From Octopus sinensis (lineage: Eukaryota), in the NCBI RefSeq assembly GCF_006345805.1, contig NW_021833046.1, positions 1-64,000 of the forward strand: a DNA stretch of 64,000 bases. Reading direction: 5' to 3'. Position 1 is the first letter of the stretch; every line of letters begins with the position of its first letter. The notes beneath the pieces are model-generated. The model did no database searches, was not told where the DNA came from, and was given only the letters and a program-made list of their open reading frames with translations. The translations under genes and the position numbers were made by a program. Positions 50,843 to 62,508 of the stretch are shown piece after piece.

Positions 50843-53136
50843 GTAATAATGTTTTAGCTTTGTTTTATCTTGTTTTTTTCCTTATAACCCTGCTTCCAAA
50901 TAATTTTCGAATATTTATCAATTTATAGTGGTTACATCAACCTCACCGCTCAACTGGTACTTATTTTATCGATCCTGAAAGGATTAAAGACTAAACTGAC
51001 CTGAGTGCAATTTGAACTCAGAACACAAGGAGGGATGAAATGCTACTAAGCATTTTGTCTGGAATGCTAACGATTCTGCCAGCTCACTATCTTGCCTTAT
51101 GCCTATATTAGAAAGAATAATTATGTGTAAACTTATGTGTAGAGTTCTGTGTTTTACCAATTAAATAAGTTTTGGTTTTTATCGAAAATAGTCTTTTTAT
51201 GTCAAAAAGAAACTTGATATGAGTTCAAATATGTTTGATAGATATTTGAACAAATTAAAAGCTTTTAGTTGCTGTTTGTCATGAAGAAAAAAATTCTCTC
51301 TTGAAACAAAAAAGCATAAAACATTATTGCAGACTATTATATTTTTCTCCATTATGAACTGCAGTGAAAGGTCTTGAATGGTTTCATATATCTCTCAAAT
51401 ATATTTCAGCTAATATCAAGTTTGTTTACTCTCAGTCATTGCTTTGCATACAATCTCACAAATATTTTAAACATTTATTCATACATTAATTTGTGACAGA
51501 AAAGAGAAAGGAGCCTATGGGATATAAACTACAGTTGCCTGACAAGCTATAGATTTTTAGTATATGTCTAGTCAATTGGCCCCATTTTCCTCAAGGTCAA
51601 GTTTTGCATTTGTGATATCTAATAACAAACAAATCTTGGATTCATTTTACCAACCAGAAACAAAATCAGCATTTGGTTTAGTAATGTTTAGTATTTAATA
51701 CCCTTCTAACCTTATTATTGAACTTTAAAAAAACAAAATCTTCAGATCTTTATGCTTTGATCAGCAATAATTCAAGACTAGCAAAAGTAAAAAAATTCAA
51801 TTAAAAGAAAATTATAAATTCCTTAACCCTAATCATCATCATTTAGTGTATGCTTTCCATGCTGGTATGGGTTAGACAGTTTGACTGGAAATGGCAAACT
51901 ATGCAAGGTTCCAGTCTGATTTGGCATGGTTTCTATGGCTGGAAACCCTTCTTGACACTAAGCACTCCAAGAGCGTAGTGGGTGCCTATTGCGTGTCACT
52001 GGCACAGGTTCCAGTCATATGTTGCCAGCATGAGCACTTTTACATGTTACTGGCACCAGCTGCAACTACAATTTCACTTGGCTCGAAGACTCTTCTCAGA
52101 CATAGCAAATCACCAAAGGTCTCAATCACTTGTTATTGTCTCCAAGAGACCCAACATCTGAACATCATGCTTCACCACCTTGTCCCATGTCTTCTTGGGT
52201 CTACCTCTTCCAAAGGTTTCCTCCACAGTTAGAGATCAGCCCTTCTTTACACAACTGTCATTGTCCATACACATTACATGACCATACTAGTGCATTTTTT
52301 TATGCAAGTTGATGCAACTCAACATTCCGTTTTATGCAACTACCAATAAACTTAGACATATACACCTCTACACAATGAGTCTCCTCATATTATCTGTCCA
52401 CAGAGTTTCACTCACGAGCTGTTGATCAACCCCAGGTTACTGTGGAAGATGCTTTTCCAAGGTACTGTAGAGTGGAATCAAACACTCAAATCACCTGGCT
52501 GAAAAGCAAACTTGTTAACAACATGGCTTATGCTTGCACCAAAATATTTGCTGATGACCATATTTTTTGGCACTACCAGTATCATCATCATCATCATCAT
52601 TTTAACATCCACTTTTCCATGTTTGTGTGGCTCTGATGGAATTTGTTGAGGCAAATTTTCTATGGCTAGATGCCTTTCAAGGTCGGTAACCATTACCTGT
52701 TTCTAAGTAAGGTAATATTCCTCTGTGGTCAGAGACGTTTTTTGCAGAAGACTGGAAATGAAGAAGGCTCATTTATAATCCTCCCATGCTATCAAGACAA
52801 GGAGGCATTCATCCATGCATCCATCCATCCATACATGAATGTATATAGGTTGGTAGATAGTCAGATACAACAAGTTTCTTTCGGGTCCCATCTACGATAT
52901 CCATTTATAAGGTTTTAGTTGGCTCAGATCTATAATAGAAAATATTTGCCCATGTTGCTGTGTGAAAGGACTGAACCCAGAATCAAGTGGTTGGGAAGCA
53001 AACTTCTTAACCACACAGCCACATCTGCACTTTTAATACTAACATGTGGTATTGAAATAATTGGGACATTTACATAATTTCTCAGTAGTTTTGACTATTT
53101 TGTATACTATATTCAGTTTCTTTAATATTTTCTAAG

Positions 53137-53198
53137 GTTCCAATCATTTTGGAATTGCTGGCTGGTACTCAATGAGAGCATCAAATCAAGGATTACTG
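53137..53198 (+). CDS. Ldh_2-family oxidoreductase, exon 4 (GSNHFGIAGWYSMRASNQGLL)
   Basis: Acceptor TTCTAAG at 53136, donor GTAAGT at 53199; SNHFGIAG motif with the conserved active-site His. Confidence 0.88.
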
Positions 53199-53882
53199 GT
53201 AAGTTTTCAAGACAGTAATGTTTGAAGTTGTATTAGATCTGTATCAGATATCTATTTATCTATGTGCCCTTTTCAAGCCTGGCTAGGCTCACGGGCCCGG
53301 TTTCCCAGTTTCTATGGCATATGTGTTCCCCCCAGTTGGACGGGATGCCAGTCCATCACAGCGTTACTCAAGAAACAGGAAGAAAGAGTGAGAGAAAGTT
53401 GGAGCGAAAGAATACAACAGGGGTGGCCACCACTCCCTGCTGGAGCCTCGTGGTGCTTTTAGGTGTACTTTTTGCATAATATATATTAATATATATGTGT
53501 GTGTCTGTCTGTGTGGCTGAAATGAATAAAAGAATAAGATAAACTATAAACAGAAAAAACTGAATGAAATTAAGGTTTGTGTTACAACTGGTTGAAAATG
53601 TTGACTTACCTTACAATATTTTCTTCATATTCTGGTAAAACTTTAAATAATAATAATAACAATAATAATAAACATTGTGTACAGTGCTCAGGTGCACTAC
53701 AACTCATCTAAAGTGCATATATAATCAGGTGTAGTTTCGACGGATTTCGGAAAGCATGAGGGCCTTAAAGGATGCAGTGTCATGGCAGTCAACAACTGAC
53801 GCAGGCAGTTTATTCCATGCTTCAGCAACTCTGAGCGTGAAGAAATGTTTCCGAAAGTCATGGGAGGAATACAGAGAGATAA

Positions 53883-55418
53883 GACAGAGAGATAAGTAGA
53901 GTGAGTGATTTATAATGCTAATCAAGTAAATGGCTTTCTCTAGATGCAGTTTTGAGGGTGTCTTTGTGCAACTTTTTGTAGATTCACTTGAGGATGTCTG
54001 TGTGTTAACACGAATATGACTATTATTTTTTCATGTGGATGACATCTATGAATAATTTCTTATTCCATAATTTATTCTCTAATTACCATAATATATTTAC
54101 AAAATTGCCCTGTATTTTATTATTATTATATATAGGAATAAAAAGGAATACTTTTGTTTTCTCTGTATAACATCACTTTTGTCTATCTCCTTTCTTTTTT
54201 TTCCTTATAGGGAATGGCATTTACAAACACTTCTCCTCTTTTGGTACCAACACGAGCCAAAAAGGTAGGTATACGTGTTTGTGTATTGATATTATTGGTA
54301 TTTGGACTGATCCTTTTGGATTGGAAAAGATGATACTGACTTGACATCCAGAGAAGAATAAGAAAAAAAAGACACGATGCAGGCGTGGCTGTGTGCCAAG
54401 AAGTTTGCTTTCTAACAACATAGTTCTGGGTTCAGTCCCACAGCATGGCACCTTGAGCAAGCATCTTCTGCTCTTGCCTCAGGCCAACCAAAGCCTTGAG
54501 TAGATTTGGTAGACAGAAACAGAAAGAAGCCAGTTGTGTGTGTATGTGTGTGTGTGTGTGGTGGCAGTGGTGGATTATGTCAGGTGGGCCAGGGATGGTT
54601 GTACAGTCTGAAGGATGAGAGGAGGACAGATGAGCTTTGAGGATCAGATGCCATCATAGTAACACCAGAGGTGGCAGAAAGAGAGAGAGAGAGAGAGGAA
54701 TCATCATCATCATCGTTGTTTAACGTCTGCTTTCCATGCTGGCATGGGTTGGACGATTTAACTGAAGACTGGCGAACCAGATGGCTGCACCATGCTCCAG
54801 TCTGATCTGGCAGAGTTTCTACAGCTGGATGCCCTTCCTAATGCCAACCACTTCGAGAGTGTAGTGGGTGCTTTTACGTGCCACCGACATGAGGGCCAAT
54901 CAGGTGGTACTGGCAACGGCCATGCTCAAATGGTGTTTTTTACGTACAACCTACACAGGAGCCAGTCCAATGGTACTAGCAACAACCTCACTCGAATGTT
55001 TTTTCATGTGCCACCGGCACAGGTGCCAGTAAGGCGACTCTGGTAATGATCACACTTGAATGGTGCTTTTTATGTGCCACTGGCATGGAAGCCAGTAAGC
55101 TGCTCTGGCAACGATCACGCTCGGATGGTGCTCTTATAGACAGAGAGAGAGAGAAATAGGTAGGTTGACAGAGAGATAAGTAGAGTGAGTGATTTATAAT
55201 GCTAATCAAGTAAATGGCTTTCTCTAGATGCAGTTTTGAGGGTGTCTTTGTGCAACTTTTTGTAGATTCACTTGAGGATGACTGTGTGTTAACACAAATA
55301 TGACTATTATTTTTTCATGTGGATGACATCTATGAATAATTTCTTATTCCATAATTTATTCTCTAATTACCATAATATATTTACAAAATTGCCCTGTATT
55401 TTATTATTATTATATATA
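53883..55418 (+). repeat. Local direct duplication of 252 bp (53883-54134, 55167-55418)
   Basis: Two substitutions between copies by eye. Confidence 0.92.
54211..54264 (+). CDS. Ldh_2-family oxidoreductase, exon 5 (GMAFTNTSPLLVPTRAKK)
   Basis: Long polypyrimidine tract and TAG at 54210, donor GTAGGT at 54265; TNTSPxxxPT motif. Confidence 0.88.
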
Positions 55419-55438
55419 TTTTAAAAAATATTTTTCAG

Positions 55439-55537
55439 CCTGCTTTGGGAACTAATCCCATTAGTGTTGCTGCCCCGGCACAAAAAGACGACAGTTTTGT
55501 TCTGGATATGGCTACAACCACTGTAGCTTTGGGCAAG
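55439..55537 (+). CDS. Ldh_2-family oxidoreductase, exon 6 (PALGTNPISVAAPGTKDDSFVLDMATTTVALGK)
   Basis: Acceptor TTTTTCAG at 55438, donor GTGAGT at 55538; LGTNPI and LDMAT signature motifs. Confidence 0.9.
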
Positions 55538-55691
55538 GTGAGTTCACACAGCAGCAGGTAAATCTAATATGGATGTTATTGTAACACTTACTATTATGGC
55601 CACCACTGCAACAACTTTAATAGTGGAAGATTGGAGATGAAGAACACCACTTGTATGACAGTAACACACACACACACACACATACATATGT

Positions 55692-55740
<49 letters not shown>

Positions 55741-57258
55741 TATACGTAATTTGGATAAAATCATCATTTAATGATTTATCAGTGGCCAACATACTAAAAA
55801 TACCATAATGGTTAATTCATATTAAAATTATAATAAGGATACGTGAAAAAACATTTGAGTGAGGTCGTTGCCAGTGCCGCTGGACTGGCTCCTGTGCAGG
55901 TGGCACATAAAAAGCACCATTTGAGCATGGCACGTAAAAGCACCCACTACACTCTTGGAGTGGTTGGCATTAGGAAGGGCATCCAGCTGTAGAAACTCTG
56001 TCAGATCAGATTGGAGCGTGGTGCAGCCATCTGGTTCACCAGACCTCAGTCAAATCGTCCAACCCATGCTAGCATGGAAAGCGGACGTTAAACGACGATG
56101 ATGATGATGATGTTGAATGATTACAACACCAGTCTGCTAGAAATACATCCAAAATTGTCTATGAACCGCTTAGATTATTACTCCAGTACACATGGTTGTA
56201 AGCGAGGAAAATAGACAGTGAGGATTTATAAAATAATTTGGATAGACCCAAATCTATAGATTTCATGGTTTGAGTTACTAAAAACTCTTTCTGATCATCA
56301 GTGGCAACATACCAAACATAAATAAATGAAAAACTCATTATACATACTGCCATAAGCGCAAATAATGGACATATATTTTCGCATATTCACCAATTAAAAT
56401 CCAAGTGCCTATTTTAACTACGTGCTTGTTTACTCAGAATAGTTCTGCAGTAAATATGTTATAGGAGTGAATTAATATATATTTTTATACGTAACTGGGA
56501 CAAAATCATTATTTAATGATTTATCAGTGGCCAGCATATATATATCATCATCATCATCATCATCATCGTTTAATGTCCGTTCTCCATGCTAGCATGGGTT
56601 GGACGGTTCGACCGGGGATCTGGGAAGCCAGAAGGCTGCACCAGGCTCCGGTCTTATCTGGCAATGTTTCTACAGCTGGATGCCCTTCCTAACGCCAACC
56701 ACTCCGTGAGTGTAGTGGGTGCTTTTTACGTGCCACCTGCACAGGTGCCAGGCGAGGCTGGCAACGGCCACGGTCGGATTGGTGTATTTTACGTGCCACC
56801 AGCACGGAAGCCAGTCGAGGCGGTGCTGGCATCGGCCACGAGTCGGATAGTGCTTTTTACGTACCACCAGACCAGGGATCCTGGCTGGTTCAATTCGATT
56901 TCGCTTTCGCTTGCCCCAACATGTCTTCGCAAGCAAAGGGGGTTGGCATGGGTGCCTGTCGTCGGATGAGGTTCTATATCGACTTCGCTTGCCTCAACAG
57001 GTCTTTGTGTCCATAGACACACACACACACACACATACCCACATGCACACACACACACGCATGCATAATGGACTTGTCTCAGCTTCCATTTGCCAAGTTG
57101 ATTCAAAGGCTTTGGTCAGCTGGGGCTACAAGAGATGTTTACCCATGGTACCACACAAAGTTAAGGGAGTTTGGTACCCAAAACAAAAACACATGCCTAC
57201 ATTCACATATATGAATTGCAATGGGAAATAAATGCATTTTAAAATTTTTTCTTTTTAG

Positions 57259-57324
57259 GTTGAAATTAATCAGAGGAAAGATCTTTCCATTCCAGAAGGT
57301 TGGGGAGTTGATTCAAATGGCAAG
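57259..57324 (+). CDS. Ldh_2-family oxidoreductase, exon 7 (VEINQRKDLSIPEGWGVDSNGK)
   Basis: Acceptor CTTTTTAG at 57258, donor GTAAGC at 57325; IPxGWGxDxxG motif. Confidence 0.88.
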
Positions 57325-58519
57325 GTAAGCTGATCTGGTCCCTTATATTCTTGATATTTGAATATTTTAATAAATAATAATAATAATAATAATAATAATA
57401 ATTGTGTACAGTGCTCAGGTGCACTACAACTCATCTAAAGTGTATATATAATCAGGTGTAGTTTCGGCGGATTTCGGAAAGCATGAGGGCCTTAAAGGAT
57501 GCAGTGTCATGGCAGTCAACAACTGACGCAGGCAGTTTTGTATGCTTAAGTTCAGATATTTCAAATCCTCTGGTTACCCTATGAAATCTATATGTGCTAT
57601 AGTCTGTATTGTAATCTGAACCTATCACAGCAGTCAATGTGCCCTAGGGCTAAGGTATTTTGGATGCCACAACCACCTTGGTCTGAGACTTCAGTTGAAC
57701 ATAGGATAAATTATGACTTTTGAAGTTCACTTCTTTTCCTCCTTCACCATATCCACTTGAAACTCTTGTCAGCTACTTCTCTTGTTGCTTTAAGACTCCT
57801 GGTCCTCTCTTTCACAAGATTAAGAGCCATTTATGAGATCATAGGAAGATTTATCTACAAATCCTCTTTCCCCTACCTCTATAGCAAGGACTTTGGGAGC
57901 CAAATTCTTTCAGTTTCATGGTTAAAGTACCATATTTCTCATTCTTGTAGATGTGGGCTTCCTTCTCAAATGAATATTCTTTATAATTTCAGTTTGGAAT
58001 TTATTTTTATCTAACAATGAAACAGGAAAAGATTTTTAAAAAATAGTGAATTATGCTATTAATATTTCTAATTTCTTAATATTAGAAGCATAATTTCTTA
58101 CATTATTCCAGTTAGAATGATATCTGTTTTTACCATTATTGATTGGGGTAAGTTGATTAATGCGCTTTGTCTAAAGACACTTGAAATCAAGTAGTCACTA
58201 CTAATTTTTCTTTACATTTTGTTTGTATTATGAGCAAAAATCTTCTATAGAAGAGGGAGTCCTTTCTTAATTTTTGCTTTGTAATCAAAATATTGCAAGT
58301 GGAACTTTTTCATTCATTCTGTTATTGTTAAAAATATATAAACCCATTAAAAATATAATGGAATAAATCCTGCTGTCAAGAGCTTTAGTTACTTAGTATC
58401 TCCATAAAGCTAAAGATCTGAGACCCTTTGCTATAGGACTCAATAGGATTTTGCTGTTTAACTGTGCTTTTTTAAAAAGTGAAATTATACCTTATGTTAC
58501 TGTATTTGTATTTGACCAG

Positions 58520-58589
58520 GTTACCAAAAACCCTGCTGATGTTTTAAATAACGGTGGACTATTACCATTAGGAGGTGTAGAAGAAACTG
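58520..58589 (+). CDS. Ldh_2-family oxidoreductase, exon 8 (VTKNPADVLNNGGLLPLGGVEET)
   Basis: Acceptor CCAG at 58519, donor GTATGC at 58590; GGLLPLGG motif. Confidence 0.88.
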
Positions 58590-61513
58590 GTATGCATTAT
58601 CTTATTCAGGTCTTTTTCAACACCTTAGTTATTTTTGACTCTTATACCTTAGTCCACCAAACCGTAAATAGTTACCACAGAGTAGAAATGACTTGATGCA
58701 GGCAGTAAAGGGAGCCTCTCTACAGTCATTTGATCTGCTACAAACAGTAGCCAAATCTCCCAGAGATGAGAAACCTAGTGGCTCATGATCTTTCGGTCAT
58801 TGATTCAATTCCAGGACCAGCTGGTATGTTATGACCTTAGGCAAGCCACTTCATTTCATGTTACTTTGGGCTATTCAGGTATAAATGATTATTAGCCAGG
58901 TGCTGACGCATCTGTCTCTTCCTCTTGAATGTTCTATTGAGTTAAGGTTGAGGTGGCCAGGAAGGTGTCTTTGTATGCTAGCACCCACACAGACACCTAC
59001 AACAATTAGTGACAGCATGGTACATGTAACCAAAATCAGACTTGCATAAGAATAATAATTGGTTGTACAGCAATGTACTGCACTGAACTCCCTCAAATAA
59101 CATCCTATCATCATAAAAAACACAACAAACAAAAACAAAAGACATATCAAATAATGTAGTCTTAGATACTCTAGTTGAATAAAAAAGAAAATAAAAGCGG
59201 ATGGTCATGGCTGGAATACCTTTCATCACTAGTTTGCTTGATCAGAGTTAATATGTAGCTGGACAACAACACGTGCTAATGAGGGTGGATGTCTGTTTTC
59301 ACTTCATTGACCCCCTAGAAATAAGGACCTAGCTTCCCCCTATCACATGTTACTATCTAAAAAAAAAAAATGAAAAAAAAAATGTCACCTTAGACACTCA
59401 ACATTGGCAGAAACGTTAGCACGCCGGGCGAAATGCGTAGCCGTATTTCGTCTGTCATTACGTTCCGAGTTCAAATTCCGTCGAGGTCGACTTTGCCTTT
59501 CATCTTTACGGGGTCGATAAATTAAGTACCAGTTACGCACTGGGGTCAATGTAATCGACTTAATCTCTTTGTTTGTCCTTGTTTGTCCCCTCTGTGTTTA
59601 GCCCCTTGTGGGTAGTAAAGAAATATATATGGGGAATTGATGTATAAACTTCAAAATCTAAATCCACAATAATTAAGAGCTCAAATTAGTTCAATTAACA
59701 ACTGATAATTAAATCCCAGCATGTCGTTAGGACTGACTCGCATGCATATACATAATCAGCTGATTTGATTTTATAAGAGAAACATATTCAGAATAGAAGC
59801 AAAAAGCATAAATTCCACTGACGGTTCATACTTTAATTGTGCTTAAACAGTGAGAAACTATGCTTACCCAAATCCTTATAAGGTTCCTCATGGTTTGGCT
59901 ACTTTTGGTTTCAGGTTTTCAACATTTCATTCTACTTTTTCTCTCTCTCTCGATCTACTAATTTTCTTTTTTCCCATCCTTGTCTGCCTGTCTTCTTTTA
60001 CCACCACCACCACCACCACCACTACCACCGCCGCCGCCGCCACCACCGCCACCACCATTTAATGTCCGTTATCTATGCTGGCACACTGAAAGGCTGCACC
60101 AGACTCCGGTCTGATTTGGCATGGTTTCTATGGATGGATGCCCTTCCTAACACCAGCCATTTCGAGAGTATAATGGGTCCTTATATGTGCCACCAGCATG
60201 GGTACCATTTGCATGACACTGGTATCTGCCACGACTGTGATTTTGCTCAGCTTGATGGGTCTTCTTCTCAAGTACGACACAATGCCAAAGGTCTTGGTCA
60301 TTGCCTCTGTGAGGCCCAATGCTTGAAAGGAACTCAGCCACCTTGCCTCTGTGAGGCCTGCTCGAAAGGGTCAAATTAAAAAATATAATATTGGTTTCAA
60401 ATTTTGGGTCAAGGCCAGTAGTTTGGATGGAGGGGTAAGTCGATTGAAATGACCCCAGTACTCAACTGGAACTTATTTTATTGACCCAGTAGAATTTGGA
60501 CTTAGAATATTAAGACAGATGAAATGTTGCCAAGTATTTTGCCCAGTGTACTAATGATTCTGCCTTATTTAAAAATATGATATTGGTTTTAAATTTTGGC
60601 ACAAGGCCAGCAATTTAGCGAGAGGGGTTAAAGTCAATTATATCAACTCCAGTGCTTGACTGGTACTTATTTTATTGCCCCTGGAAGGATGAAGGAATGA
60701 AAGGCAAAGTGGACCTTGGTGGAATTTGAACTCTGAATGTAAAGACAGACAAAATGTCACTAAGCACTTCGCCAATTGTACTAATGATTCTGCCGGCTAA
60801 CCAGCTTATTTAAAAATATAGTGTTAACCCATTGCACAGTTTAACACTTCCACATTAGATATCTTTAAAGCAAACACTTGGACTAGGTCTCTTGACCCAA
60901 TAACTTACTCATTCCGTCTGACTAATCACAGGGGCCCTGTAAAGGGTAATGAGCAGTGCCTTCCCTTATTCATTTTATTCTTTTACTTGTTTCAGTCATG
61001 TGACTGTGGCCATGCTGGAGCACCACCTTTAGTCGAGCAAATCAACCCCAGGACTTATTCTTTGTAAGCCTAGTACTTATTCTATTGGTCTCTTTTGCCA
61101 AACTGCTAAGTTACGGGGACATAAGCACACCTACATCGGTTGTCAAGCGATGTTGGGGGGAGACAAACACAGATACACATACATACACACACACACATAT
61201 ATATGCATATAGACGATGGGCTTCTTTCAGTTTCCGTCTACCAAATCCACTCACAAGGCTTTGGTTGGCCCGAGGCTATAGTAGAAGACACTTGCCCAAG
61301 GTGCCACGCAGTGGGACTGAACCTGGAACCATGTGGTTGGTAAGAAAGCTACTTACCACACAGCCACTCCTACGCCTTATGATTCTTATAAATACAAAGA
61401 AGGTATATAAAAAAGAGTAATTCATCTTATGTTTTATTGGTTCTCAGTCATTTTCAGGAAAAAATATTTTGTTGCTTATTTTATGTTGCTATTTTATTTT
61501 GTAACTTATTCAG

Positions 61514-61632
61514 GTGGTTACAAAGGTTATGGCTTGGCATTAATGACTGAAATATTTTGCGGAGTCTTAGCTGGAGCAAATTCTGGAGCTAACATTCGAT
61601 CATGGAAAAACACAACATCACCTGCAAACTTG
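61514..61632 (+). CDS. Ldh_2-family oxidoreductase, exon 9 (GGYKGYGLALMTEIFCGVLAGANSGANIRSWKNTTSPANL)
   Basis: Acceptor TTCAG at 61513, donor GTATGT at 61633; GGYKGYGL motif. Confidence 0.9.
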
Positions 61633-61963
61633 GTATGTAAAGTTTTTTGTTTTCTAGACTTGTACTATTTATATTAGTAAATTTGTTTCTTCATCCTCCT
61701 GAAACTACAACATAAAAACTTCCTGTTTTAAAATGATTTAAATGAAAATTTTCAATCAAAATCAAAATTTAATTTTAATTTGTTTCAAACACCAGTTTAG
61801 TAGTGACAAAGTTATTTTCCTAAATCATTCATTATTTACAAAACTAATTTAAACAATGGCAGTGTGTTTCAACAGAGATATCCTATTTTTATATTTAATC
61901 ATAGTCTTGCTGCTAGAGTGGAAATTGATGATCATATATCAGCAAAATTTCAGATGATAGTTG

Positions 61964-62346
61964 GGACCTTTTCGGTTTGAACGGCAGTTTTTTCTAGCGG
62001 TGTCATATGAAATTGTCACCCGTAATTATGACCCTTTTAGGGTTAGGGTTGGGGGAAGGGTATCTTTTTTTTCTTCACAAATGTAAATAAACCCAATCTA
62101 TTTCTTAAACGAGGGACATATTCATACGGCACAGAATGCTTTTTAACTCAATAAACGTCATTGATTGGTTGAAATTGCAGAAATTGAAGAAAAAAACAAC
62201 AAATATCTTACAAACTATAGAATTTTCTCAATAAAGCCAAGAGGAAATGATGTTTTATAAACACATTCTACGAGTATACGAAGTTTAAAAGTGTTTAGTT
62301 ACGTGGAAATTATTTTAAAAAACTGCCGTTCAAACCGAAAAGATCC
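61964..62346. mobile_element. Merlin-like MITE, copy 3, about 65 bp upstream of exon 10
   Basis: Same TIR and interior; 8-bp TSD GATAGTTG/AATAGTTG (one mismatch). Confidence 0.8.
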
Positions 62347-62412
62347 AATAGTTGTTGAAAATAATATTGTTAAACATCGACATAAACCTTTTTTCTTTAT
62401 TTTTAATTATAG

Positions 62413-62508
62413 GGACAGTGCTTTGTTGCTCTGGACCCATCTGTTTTTGCTCCCGGATTCAAAGGGCGTATGTCAGATCTTCTCGGTCATTTAAGGAACA
62501 TGGATCCT
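62413..62508 (+). CDS. Ldh_2-family oxidoreductase, exon 10 (GQCFVALDPSVFAPGFKGRMSDLLGHLRNMDP); gene continues past this exon
   Basis: Acceptor TATAG at 62412, donor GTAAGA at 62509; GQCFxAxDP motif. No stop codon reached; one or more exons presumably lie downstream. Confidence 0.88.
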
